A DNA stretch of 64,000 nucleotides from NCBI GenBank assembly GCA_964459725.1, contig CAYWNT010000001.1:155529-219528 (forward strand), read 5' to 3'. The notes beneath the pieces were generated by a model. It did not search any database. It had not been told where the DNA came from and saw only the letters and a program-made list of their open reading frames with translations. Of this stretch, positions 44,086-52,880 are shown piece after piece. The position numbers and the translations under genes were made by a program. Position 1 is the stretch's first letter. Every line of letters starts with the position of its first letter. Source of the stretch: an uncultured Gammaproteobacteria bacterium. GTDB lineage: Bacteria > Patescibacteriota > Patescibacteriia > Patescibacteriales > UBA12075.

Positions 44086-45324
44086 ATGAAAAAAATTTTT
44101 AATTTACGTAGATTGTCTCAATTAGCAGTTGTTCTGCTAGTTTTTTATTTGGCTTATTCTCACCAGAAGTACGGCATAGAAAAAGCAGCTCCTATTGATT
44201 CTTATTGTCCATTTGGAGCTGTTGAGGGGCTACTAACCTATATTTTTACAGGTGAGTTTTTGAGAAGACTTTATACCAGTTCTTTTATTTTGGGTATTTT
44301 GGTTTTGTTGATAACAATATTTTTTGGCAGAGCTTTTTGTTCATTCTTTTGCCCGCTTGGAGCATTGCAAGAATGGATAAGATTATTAGGTAAAAAAATA
44401 GGAATTAAAAAAGATGTAGAATTTCCAGCGAGAATTGATAAGTATTTAAGGATGGTTAAATACTTAGTTTTGTTTATTGTTATTTATTTTACTTACCAGG
44501 TGGGTGATCTTATTTTGAGAAGTTATGGCCCCTTTAATGCACTGACTCACTTTGGAGAAGAATTTGAGGAAAAAATATTTGGCTATTCAGTCTTGATATT
44601 AACTTTAGTTGCAGCTTTGTTTTCAAAAACATGGTGGTGTAGATATTTATGTCCTTTTGGAGCCTTCTTGGGTATAGTTAAAAAAATAAGTCCATTCAAG
44701 ATATCCAGAGATGCTGAATCTTGTATAAGTTGTAGTAGTTGTAATACAGATTGTCCGGCTGGTTTAGACGTGGAAAATGCTCAGGATATTAAGTCTGCTG
44801 ATTGTGTAAGTTGCTTAAATTGTGTCGAGGTTTGCCCCAAGGGTAGCTTGAGTGCGAAAATATTTAAATATAAGATACCTAAAAAATATTATAATATAAT
44901 TGTTGTTGGGTTATTTTTTTCTTTGTTATTCATTCTGACCTTAACACCAATTTGGCAGACTAGACCCACGACTAATGTCTTGGATAGTTCTGGTAATATT
45001 AATGTAGATAACATTCGTGGGAGTAATACCCTTGGACACATTATAAAAAAAACTGGTATAGAGTATGAAGTATTTAGGAAAGAACTTGGACTACCCAGTA
45101 AAATAAACTTTAATATTAAACTCAAGGAAATTGGACCAACTTATAACATATTGGATAGCAATGGAGATTATATTCATACAGAGGTTTTTAGAGAAATAAT
45201 AAGAAAAGCGCAAGAACCAAATAAGCCAGATTGTCCTTTTGGTGAGGTCAAAGATGAGTTTCCGGGGAAGTGTGGGTTGTATATTGATAAAGACAAGAAT
45301 CATATTTGTGATTTAAGTGAGTAG
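44086..45324 (+). CDS. 4Fe-4S binding membrane protein (NapH/MauN-like)
   Basis: CPFGA / CPLGA / CPFGA membrane motifs plus CISCSSCNTDCP and CVSCLNCVEVCP ferredoxin motifs. Confidence 0.7.
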   Translation: MKKIFNLRRLSQLAVVLLVFYLAYSHQKYGIEKAAPIDSYCPFGAVEGLLTYIFTGEFLRRLYTSSFILGILVLLITIFFGRAFCSFFCPLGALQEWIRLLGKKIGIKKDVEFPARIDKYLRMVKYLVLFIVIYFTYQVGDLILRSYGPFNALTHFGEEFEEKIFGYSVLILTLVAALFSKTWWCRYLCPFGAFLGIVKKISPFKISRDAESCISCSSCNTDCPAGLDVENAQDIKSADCVSCLNCVEVCPKGSLSAKIFKYKIPKKYYNIIVVGLFFSLLFILTLTPIWQTRPTTNVLDSSGNINVDNIRGSNTLGHIIKKTGIEYEVFRKELGLPSKINFNIKLKEIGPTYNILDSNGDYIHTEVFREIIRKAQEPNKPDCPFGEVKDEFPGKCGLYIDKDKNHICDLSE

Positions 45325-45328
45325 TATT

Positions 45329-45368
45329 ATACGTATACATTAAAATATACATTTTAATGTATACGTAT
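45329..45368. repeat. 40-nt hairpin palindrome (18-bp perfect arms, ATAC loop)
   Basis: ATACGTATACATTAAAAT-ATAC-ATTTTAATGTATACGTAT. It shares TACATTTTAATGTA and its reverse complement with the palindrome at 11207..11238. Confidence 0.95.
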
Positions 45369-45406
45369 GATTTGCAATAAATTTAATTTTTATATTGTCT
45401 GGTAGT

Positions 45407-45434
45407 AAAAATAGCCGAAGTAGGCTATTTTTTT
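45407..45434 (+). terminator. rho-independent terminator
   Basis: AAAATAGCC / GGCTATTTT stem followed by a T-run. Confidence 0.75.
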
Positions 45435-45554
45435 GTTTTTTGGATTGACTTTTTGGTAAAAACGTGTAATATAAATCAATGCTAGAGTGTAACCATGGTG
45501 GCCAAGCTCGGATAGCATATCTGCTAAAGCGTTCATTGAAAAAGGAGAAATGTT

Positions 45555-46247
45555 ATGAGCGAAAAACAGATAAGTCAGATGATGGGAAGTTTGGTAGCGA
45601 ATCAGAGATTTTTTCAAAATTTAGACAAAGAAAAGCGTCAATGGATTCTTCAAAATCCAAAAGATGCGATTGCTTTGTTTTGTGAGGCGGTGAATCAAAA
45701 ATTTGATGATGAAACAAATATTGTTAAGGCTATTAATGATATATTCATCAAAAATAAAATAAATATCACTTCTTTTCCAATTTGGAAAACAATTAAGCTC
45801 GGTACAGGTCTCAAGACGGCAGGTGATTTTTGTAAGGTTCTGGAAGAAAAGAGCAATGAAGTGAGCGATTGGGCTAAGGATATTATGAATAAGCCAGCGT
45901 TTATTGTTGCAGAGGAAGAGACTGAGATCGACCTGGTTGTAGCCAGTGGAGAAGATCTTGGCTTCAACAAGGCAGTTCCCAGGAAAGAGATATTTGAACG
46001 TGCCGCAAAGCACGACCTATATCCAGTTCCAGCTGAACTTGGTCCTCAGCTTAGAGCCCAATATCAAGATCAACCCAAGGGGGAATATCTTCTAATAGCT
46101 ATGGAGCCTATTGAAGATTCCGATGGTGATCTGGACATCTTTCGCGTGATTCATGACGATGACGGTCTCTGGTTGAACACGGACTATGACGATCCTGACT
46201 ATTCCTGGGGTCCTGATAGCCGTTGGGTCTTCGCCCTTCGCAAGTAA
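45555..46247 (+). CDS. hypothetical protein (230 aa)
   Basis: AAAGGAG SD and a strong terminator at 46286..46325. The C-terminus is acidic and Trp-containing. No family recognised. Confidence 0.7.
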   Translation: MSEKQISQMMGSLVANQRFFQNLDKEKRQWILQNPKDAIALFCEAVNQKFDDETNIVKAINDIFIKNKINITSFPIWKTIKLGTGLKTAGDFCKVLEEKSNEVSDWAKDIMNKPAFIVAEEETEIDLVVASGEDLGFNKAVPRKEIFERAAKHDLYPVPAELGPQLRAQYQDQPKGEYLLIAMEPIEDSDGDLDIFRVIHDDDGLWLNTDYDDPDYSWGPDSRWVFALRK

Positions 46248-46285
46248 TCTTGATTTCTTGTGTTCTCTTTGGCACTTGAAATCTC

Positions 46286-46325
46286 AGCCCCTTTAACTCT
46301 TAAAAAAGTTGAAGGGGCTTTTTAT
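46286..46325 (+). terminator. rho-independent terminator
   Basis: AGCCCCTTTAACT / AGTTGAAGGGGCT 13-bp stem followed by a T-run. Confidence 0.85.
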
Positions 46326-46347
46326 TTTATTAAATATTTGTTAAACT

Positions 46348-47466
46348 ATGTTTATGAAATTAATCGAATTAAACAAAGAAAAATTAGATAATTTTTTAGC
46401 TAATCAGGACAAATCTCAGTTTTTGCAGTCTTTTGAGTGGGGAGAATTTCAGGAAAAGACTGGTTTGGAAGTTTTTAGATATGGCGTGGAAGAAAATGAA
46501 GAATTAGTGGCAGTTGTTTCTTTGATCAAGAAAAATCTTGGAATTGGGAAGAGTTATTTTTATGCGCCGAGAGGAGTCGTGTTTAGTCATAAAGTCATAA
46601 AGTCAAAAGTCGCCCGCCTGCCGGACGGGCAGGAAAGTGTTTATAATTTTTTATTTAATGAGATAGAAAAAATTGCTAAAAAGGAAAATTGTATATTTCT
46701 CCGTTTTGAACCGCACAGAAAGTCAAAAGTCGCCCGCCTGCCGGACGGGCAGGAAAGTCGAAAGTCGAAAGTTATTAAAACTATCGATTTGCAGCCGGCG
46801 AAAACTTTGATGTTGGATTTGGGAAAATCAGAGGAGGAACTTTTGCAAGACATGCATCAGAAGACTCGGTATAATATTCGACTTGCGGAGAAAAAGGGCG
46901 TTGAGGTGGTAGAGGTTGATTACCCACCCCGGCCTGATGGCCACCCCTCCAGAGAGGGGAATTTATTTGAGGAGTTTTGGAAATTGATGAGTCAGACTGG
47001 AGGTCGTGATGGATTTCGGCTACATTCTAAAAATTATTACAAAAAAATGCTAGATGAGTCGAAAGTCTATAAAGTCGAAAGTCGAAAGTCTGAAGTTGAT
47101 TTAAGTATAAAATTGTTTCTGGCGAAGTATCAGGGGGAGGTGATTGCTGGAAATATTATTTCTTTTTTTGGAGATACTGTGACCTATATGCATGGTGCAT
47201 CATCTAATGAGTATAGAAATGTGATGGCTCCGTATATTCTTCAATGGGAAGTGATAAAGGCGGCAAAAGAAAAGGGGTATAAATATTATGACTTTTTTGG
47301 GATTGATAAAGATAAGTGGCCGGGAGTGACTAGATTCAAAGAAGGATTTTGCGTGAAAAATCTGGAAAAATGCCAAGTGACTTATCCAGGTACATTCGAT
47401 TTGGTGTTTAGTAAAGTGTGGTATAATGCATATAACATCCTTCGAAGAATTCGAAGAGTGTTATAA
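46348..47466 (+). CDS. FemAB-family peptidoglycan interpeptide-bridge aminoacyltransferase
   Basis: FLQSFEWGEFQ, YAPRG, TRYNIRLAEKKG, YMHGASSNEYRNVMAPYILQWE, YDFFGI. It contains several in-frame repeat insertions. Confidence 0.8.
   Translation: MFMKLIELNKEKLDNFLANQDKSQFLQSFEWGEFQEKTGLEVFRYGVEENEELVAVVSLIKKNLGIGKSYFYAPRGVVFSHKVIKSKVARLPDGQESVYNFLFNEIEKIAKKENCIFLRFEPHRKSKVARLPDGQESRKSKVIKTIDLQPAKTLMLDLGKSEEELLQDMHQKTRYNIRLAEKKGVEVVEVDYPPRPDGHPSREGNLFEEFWKLMSQTGGRDGFRLHSKNYYKKMLDESKVYKVESRKSEVDLSIKLFLAKYQGEVIAGNIISFFGDTVTYMHGASSNEYRNVMAPYILQWEVIKAAKEKGYKYYDFFGIDKDKWPGVTRFKEGFCVKNLEKCQVTYPGTFDLVFSKVWYNAYNILRRIRRVL
46600..46638 (+). repeat. 39-nt AAAGTC + GC-hairpin element, copy 1
   Basis: AAGTCAAAAGTCGCCCGCCTGCCGGACGGGCAGGAAAGT, identical to 46720..46758. 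Confidence 0.95.
46720..46758 (+). repeat. 39-nt AAAGTC + GC-hairpin element, copy 2
   Basis: Exact copy, offset by exactly 120 nt (40 codons) from copy 1. Confidence 0.95.
46922..46960 (+). repeat. GC-rich bipartite hairpin element, copy 2 (in frame in the FemAB-family gene)
   Basis: ACCCACCCCGGCCTGATGGCCACCCCTCCAGAGAGGGGA. Confidence 0.85.
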
Positions 47467-47491
47467 AATCAAAAATTAAAAATTTTCAAAA

Positions 47492-48880
47492 ATGGATAAA
47501 ATATTACTTATAATAAAACGTTTAATTCCAAAAAAGATATTTAAATTACTTCAACCCATATATCATTTCATCATGGCTTGGTTTGCCGCTCTAGTTTATG
47601 GGTTTCCTAGTGAGAAGCTGGTTGTTATTGGAGTTACTGGAACTACTGGTAAAACTACCAGTGTTTTTTTGATTGCCAAGATGCTGGAAGGTCTGGGGTA
47701 TAAAGTGGGCTATACTTCTACAGCAATGTTTAATGATGGAAAAAAAGAATGGATGAATGATAAGAAGATGACAATGGTGGGAAGGTTCTTCACTCAAAAG
47801 ATGATTCGAAGTATGTATAGAAACAAATGCCAATTTGCTATTGTGGAAACCACTTCAGAGGGGATAGTGCAGTTCAGGCATCGATTTATAAATTATGACA
47901 CTGTAGTTTTTACCGGGCTATATCCAGAGCATATTGAGTCTCATGGGAGCTTTGAGAATTACAAAGAAGCAAAGGGGAGACTGTTCTCGCATCTTAAAAA
48001 ATGTAAATACAAATTCACGGATAACGAGAAAAGAGTGATAGCGGCAGACAAGGGCATGAAGAAGATAGACCTGGAAAGGGTTAAGAAGACAATTGTTGCC
48101 AATGGAGATGATGAGCATAAGGATTATTTCCTTAGCTTCCCGGCTGACAAAAAAATTATATTTACAAAAAATAGTGAGAGCAGTGGTGGAGAGACTGAGT
48201 GGAAGATTGTCCGTTACGGGGACATAGTTCCAGGAAAGAACGGAGTAAGTTTTGTGGTGGCAGGGAATAAGATTGATCTGAAGTTGCTGGGAGGGTTCAA
48301 TGCTGATAATGCCATGACGGCAGTTGGGGTTGGTGTCTCTCTGGAAGAAAAATATGACAGAATTAGAGAGGGACTGGAAAGTATAAAAGGAACACCAGGC
48401 AGACTAGAGAGAATTGACGAAGGGCAAGACTTCACAGTGATAGTTGATTATGCTTTTGAGCCTGGTGCGGTAAAAAAGCTTTATGAAACAATAAATGCGA
48501 TTCCACATAATAACATAATCCATGTTCTAGGCTCAACCGGAGGAGGAAGGGATGTGGCTAGGCGACCTGTGTTAGGAGAGATTGCAGGAGAAAAGGCCAC
48601 TTATGTGATAGTTGCCAATGAAGACCCATATGATGATGATCCTCAGACAATTATTGACCAGGTTGCGATTGGAGCAGAAAGAAAGGGTAAAAAGCAGGAT
48701 AAAGATTTATTCAAAATCATGGATCGTCGTTTAGCCATCAAAAAGGCCTTGGAATTAGCTAAAAGCGATGATGTGGTGATAATAACAGGAAAAGGCAATG
48801 AACAGGCAATTTGCATAGCCAATGGGGAGAAAATACCTTGGGATGATAGATTAGTAACTAGAGAACTATTAAAAAAATAA
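47492..48880 (+). CDS. murE: Mur ligase family, MurE-like UDP-MurNAc-tripeptide synthetase
   Basis: GVTGTTGKTT P-loop, ETTSEG, and a C-terminal Mur ligase domain with GSTGGGRD. Confidence 0.8.
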   Translation: MDKILLIIKRLIPKKIFKLLQPIYHFIMAWFAALVYGFPSEKLVVIGVTGTTGKTTSVFLIAKMLEGLGYKVGYTSTAMFNDGKKEWMNDKKMTMVGRFFTQKMIRSMYRNKCQFAIVETTSEGIVQFRHRFINYDTVVFTGLYPEHIESHGSFENYKEAKGRLFSHLKKCKYKFTDNEKRVIAADKGMKKIDLERVKKTIVANGDDEHKDYFLSFPADKKIIFTKNSESSGGETEWKIVRYGDIVPGKNGVSFVVAGNKIDLKLLGGFNADNAMTAVGVGVSLEEKYDRIREGLESIKGTPGRLERIDEGQDFTVIVDYAFEPGAVKKLYETINAIPHNNIIHVLGSTGGGRDVARRPVLGEIAGEKATYVIVANEDPYDDDPQTIIDQVAIGAERKGKKQDKDLFKIMDRRLAIKKALELAKSDDVVIITGKGNEQAICIANGEKIPWDDRLVTRELLKK

Positions 48881-48944
48881 AAAAAATAAGAAAAAATATA
48901 ATAAAAATTTTAATATTGAGCTAAAATTAAACAAATAATAGCTA

Positions 48945-48973
48945 TTGACTTAAATTTTGATAGGTGATAGAAT
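48945..48973 (+). promoter_or_regulatory. sigma70-like promoter (TTGACT-17-TAGAAT) upstream of rpoB
   Basis: TTGACT at 48945..48950 and TAGAAT at 48968..48973. A second TTGACA lies at 48989..48994. Confidence 0.5.
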
Positions 48974-49288
48974 AAATGGACAATTATATTGACATATTTA
49001 AAAAAATTTGTTTATATATATTAACAAATTATTTTAGATTGCTAAAAAATAGTTAATGTTTGGAGAATAAATAAAACGAGAAATCGAATTCGAGAAAATT
49101 TATGTTATGAATTCGTTTTTTTTATTTTCCCAATATTGGCACAATATCCTCATGCAACTTGGAATTAATTGATATTCGAGTGGTTACTATTTTTAATTAA
49201 ACTTACTCCCCGGGAACGGGGCACGACTCAAGCCGCATAGGCGTTGAGATTTTTTTATTTTCAAATATTTAATAATTTTAATATAAAT

Positions 49289-52200
49289 ATGTTTTACTCA
49301 AAAATTCCTAATTATAAAGGCGCGGAAGATAGAAAGTATTTTATCGGTTCTCATGCATCTGTGCAAATGCCTGACTTGATAGAGTCCCAGAAAGATTCTT
49401 ACAAGTGGTTCCTAAAAGAAGGGCTAGCTGATTTATTCGATGAAATTTCTCCGGTTACTGATTTTATTGGACGCGACTTAGAGCTTTATTTCAAAGATTT
49501 TGTATTGGACGAACCAAAATTCAACGAAGTTGAAAGTAGAAAAAAGAACATCACTTATGAAGCACCTCTTAGAGTGAAAGTTGTGCTTACAAACAAAAGA
49601 ACAGAGCAAACTGAAGAGCAGGAAGTATTTCTGGGAGATTTTCCTTTGATGACTGATAACGGCACTTTTATTATTAATGGAATTGAGAGAGTTGTAGTTT
49701 CTCAGCTTATTAGAAGTGCTGGTGTGATTTTCTCATCTGAATTTTTGAAGGGCAAGAAATATTACGGAGCAAAAATAATTCCAAACAGAGGAGCTTGGCT
49801 TGAAATCGAGACAGATGCTAATAAAGTAATCTGGGTGAGAATAGATAGAAAGAGAAAAGTTGCTGTTACTTCTTTGCTTCGAGCATTTGGCATTAGTGAT
49901 GATGAGGAAATTATAGATCTGTTCAAGGATGTAGATGTTAAAGCAGACGGAGAGGATGGTTATATTGATGCCACTATTGCAAAAGATATTGCTAAAAACG
50001 AAGCAGAAGGTCTAAAGGAGGTTTACAAGAGAATTAGACCAGGGGACTTAGCGACTACAGAAAATGCGCGTCAGTTAATTTACTCCATGTTTTTCAGGTT
50101 CGACAGATATGATTTTGACCGTGTAGGTAGATATAAGCTAAATAGAAAATTCGGATTTGATATCCCAAATAACAAAGAAACAAGAATTTTAAGAAAAGAA
50201 GATCTGATTTCAATTATCAAGGAAGTTATCAGACTAAATATCACCCAGGAAGATGAAGATGATATCGATCATCTGGGAAATAGAAGGGTGAGAGCAATTG
50301 GTGAATTGATCCAAAATAAATTTAGAGTCGGTTTGGCTAGAATGGAAAGAATTATCAAGGATAGGATGAGTACAGCCGATATAAATGAAATAAATCCGGG
50401 CAAGCTGATTAATGCTAGGCCGGTTATTAGTGTTGTGAAAGAATTTTTTATGTCATCACAGCTATCACAGTTCATGGACCAGATTAATCCTCTGGCTGAG
50501 CTAGAACATAAGAGACGTTTGTCTGCTATGGGACCAGGTGGTCTGACTCGTGAAAGAGCAGGCTTTGATGTTCGTGATGTGCATACTACTCATTATGGAA
50601 GAATTTGTCCTATCGCAACTCCTGAGGGACCAAATATTGGTTTGATTGGTCATTTGGCAAGTCATGCCAAATTGAATAAGTATGGCTTTCTAGAGGCACC
50701 GTATAGAAAGGTTATAAATAGTGTTCCAAACAAAAAAGAGGAAACAGAAGGACATGTTGCCAGTGAAGATGTTTGTATAATTAAAAATGATAAAAAAGGA
50801 AAGGTAATTGTAAAGGGTGGAGAAACTATCAATAAGAAAAAAGCAAGTGAAATAGAAGACAAGATTGATGTCGACACTATGATTCCGGTTAAGCCTGTTG
50901 TTACTTCGGAGATTCACTATCTTGATGCTTTTGAAGATGAGAAGTTTGTTACAACCGCTTTCACTACTCCGATTGATGAAGATGGACATTTCCTTGTAAA
51001 TAAATGTGAGGGAAGAGTGCAGGGAACACCAGGTACTGTTGAGGTTAATAAAGTTGATTATTTAGGGGTGGCTGCAAATCAAATTATTTCTATTGCTACA
51101 TCACTTATTCCATTCATGGAACACGATGATGGTCAGAGAGCTCTGATGGGAACAAACATGCAACGTCAGGCTGTGCCTTTGGTTTCGCCTGATTCTCCAA
51201 TTGTAGGTACTGGTATGGAGGGAAATGCTGCAGTTAATTCTGGACATGTAATCGTGGCAGAGGATAACGGAGAAGTGACTGTGGTAGATGGAGACAATAT
51301 TGAAGTTAAATATAAAGGAGATAAAACTGTGAAATATGAGCTAACGAAATTTCTTCGATCAAATGCTTCAACATGTATTAATCAAAAGCCAATCATAGAT
51401 GTTGGTGATAAAATAAAAAAAGGTCAGAGTTTGACCGATGGACCTTCAATTGATAATGGAGAGCTTGCTCTAGGAAAAAATGTTTTGGTAGCATTTATGA
51501 CCTGGGAAGGGTACAACTTTGAGGATGCTATTATCGTATCTGAGAGAATGGTAAGTGATGATGTTTTCTCTTCTATTCATATTGAAGATTATACTATTGA
51601 TATCCGAGATACAAAACTTGGCGAAGAAATGATTACTAGTGATATTCCCAACATCAGTGAGGAGAAATTAAAAAACCTTGACGATAGAGGTATTATTAGA
51701 ATCGGTGCGGAAGTGTCATCTGGTGATATATTGGTTGGTAAGATTACTCCGAAAGGTGAAACAGAATTGTCAGCTGAAGAAAAGCTTCTTCGAGCTATTT
51801 TTGGAGAAAAGGCAAAAGATGTTAGAGATTCTTCACTGTATCTAGAGCATGGTGAGCATGGTAAGGTAGTTGATGTTAAAATATTTTCAAGAGAAGATGG
51901 TGATAAATTGTCAGCTGGAGTTTTACAGTCTGTTCAAGTCACAGTCGCTAATTTGAGAAAAATTCAGGTTGGAGACAAGATGGCGGGTCGTCATGGAAAT
52001 AAAGGTGTTATTTCAAAGATAGTTCCAGTTGAAGACATGCCGCACATGGAAGATGGAACACCAATTGATGTGATTCTTTCTCCTCTTGGTATTATTTCTC
52101 GTATGAACCTGGGTCAACTTCTTGAAACACACCTAGGATTTGCTGCAAAAAAACTTGGTTACAAGGCAGCAACACCTGTTTTAAATGGTATTTCCGAAGA

Positions 52201-52774
52201 AGAGATAAAAGAAGAGCTTATAAAAGCAGGCCTATCAGAAGATGGAAAGGTGGCCTTGATTGACGGTAAGACAGGGGAAAAATTTGATAACAAAGTTACT
52301 GTGGGATACAAGTACATGTTAAAACTGAACCACATGATTGAAGATAAGATTCACCAGAGATCAATTGGACCATACTCACTTATTACTCAACAGCCTTTGG
52401 GTGGTAAAGCTCAGTTTGGTGGACAGAGATTTGGAGAAATGGAAGTGTGGGCATTGGAGGCTTATGGAGCTGCCCATTGTTTGCAGGAAATTCTAACTAT
52501 TAAATCTGATGATGTGCCAGGAAGAAGCAAGGCTTATGAATCAATTATTAAGGGAGAGGAGATTAGAAAGTTAAACGTACCTGAATCATTTAACGTTTTG
52601 GTTAGAGAAATGAAAGGTCTTTGTTTGGATGTTGAATTACTTGGAGGAGATGATCAACCGGTAAATCTGGAGTTAGACGAGGAAGATGTTGAAACTGTTC
52701 CGGCTGAAAATGATGACAAAGGAGATAATGATGAAAAAAAGGAAGAAGAGAGCAGTGAAGACTCTGAAAAATAA
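49289..52774 (+). CDS. rpoB: DNA-directed RNA polymerase subunit beta
   Basis: Collinear conserved RpoB blocks, for example GRHGNKGVISKI and QRFGEMEVWALEAYGAA. The start is moved to ATG 49289; the track TTG 49244 lies inside a leader hairpin. Confidence 0.95.
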   Translation: MFYSKIPNYKGAEDRKYFIGSHASVQMPDLIESQKDSYKWFLKEGLADLFDEISPVTDFIGRDLELYFKDFVLDEPKFNEVESRKKNITYEAPLRVKVVLTNKRTEQTEEQEVFLGDFPLMTDNGTFIINGIERVVVSQLIRSAGVIFSSEFLKGKKYYGAKIIPNRGAWLEIETDANKVIWVRIDRKRKVAVTSLLRAFGISDDEEIIDLFKDVDVKADGEDGYIDATIAKDIAKNEAEGLKEVYKRIRPGDLATTENARQLIYSMFFRFDRYDFDRVGRYKLNRKFGFDIPNNKETRILRKEDLISIIKEVIRLNITQEDEDDIDHLGNRRVRAIGELIQNKFRVGLARMERIIKDRMSTADINEINPGKLINARPVISVVKEFFMSSQLSQFMDQINPLAELEHKRRLSAMGPGGLTRERAGFDVRDVHTTHYGRICPIATPEGPNIGLIGHLASHAKLNKYGFLEAPYRKVINSVPNKKEETEGHVASEDVCIIKNDKKGKVIVKGGETINKKKASEIEDKIDVDTMIPVKPVVTSEIHYLDAFEDEKFVTTAFTTPIDEDGHFLVNKCEGRVQGTPGTVEVNKVDYLGVAANQIISIATSLIPFMEHDDGQRALMGTNMQRQAVPLVSPDSPIVGTGMEGNAAVNSGHVIVAEDNGEVTVVDGDNIEVKYKGDKTVKYELTKFLRSNASTCINQKPIIDVGDKIKKGQSLTDGPSIDNGELALGKNVLVAFMTWEGYNFEDAIIVSERMVSDDVFSSIHIEDYTIDIRDTKLGEEMITSDIPNISEEKLKNLDDRGIIRIGAEVSSGDILVGKITPKGETELSAEEKLLRAIFGEKAKDVRDSSLYLEHGEHGKVVDVKIFSREDGDKLSAGVLQSVQVTVANLRKIQVGDKMAGRHGNKGVISKIVPVEDMPHMEDGTPIDVILSPLGIISRMNLGQLLETHLGFAAKKLGYKAATPVLNGISEEEIKEELIKAGLSEDGKVALIDGKTGEKFDNKVTVGYKYMLKLNHMIEDKIHQRSIGPYSLITQQPLGGKAQFGGQRFGEMEVWALEAYGAAHCLQEILTIKSDDVPGRSKAYESIIKGEEIRKLNVPESFNVLVREMKGLCLDVELLGGDDQPVNLELDEEDVETVPAENDDKGDNDEKKEEESSEDSEK

Positions 52775-52785
52775 TTCTTAAATTA

Positions 52786-52878
52786 TAATTACTAATTTCT
52801 AACATAAATCCTAATTTCTAATTACTAATTTCTAAAATATTTAGAAATTGAAATTTAGAAACTTAGAAATTTAATTAC
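52786..52878. repeat. rpoB-rpoC spacer built from 3 direct TAATTTCTA and 3 inverted TAGAAAYT units
   Basis: Direct copies start at 52793, 52812 and 52826. Inverted copies start at 52842, 52856 and 52864. The central 10-bp hairpin is at 52827..52849. Confidence 0.9.
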
Positions 52879-52880
52879 AT

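Noticed and set aside
45479-45685. 68-aa ORF overlapping the start of the 45555 gene.
   Set aside because: It overlaps the better-supported ORF, which has an AAAGGAG SD. Its start falls just after the putative promoter, leaving no leader.
49244-49288. Upstream alternative-start extensions used by the ORF track: TTG at 49244 (rpoB), 9664, 32427 and 7695; ATG at 43443 and 21510.
   Set aside because: In each case, conserved protein sequence begins at the downstream ATG. The extension lies in a repeat arm, leader hairpin or promoter element.
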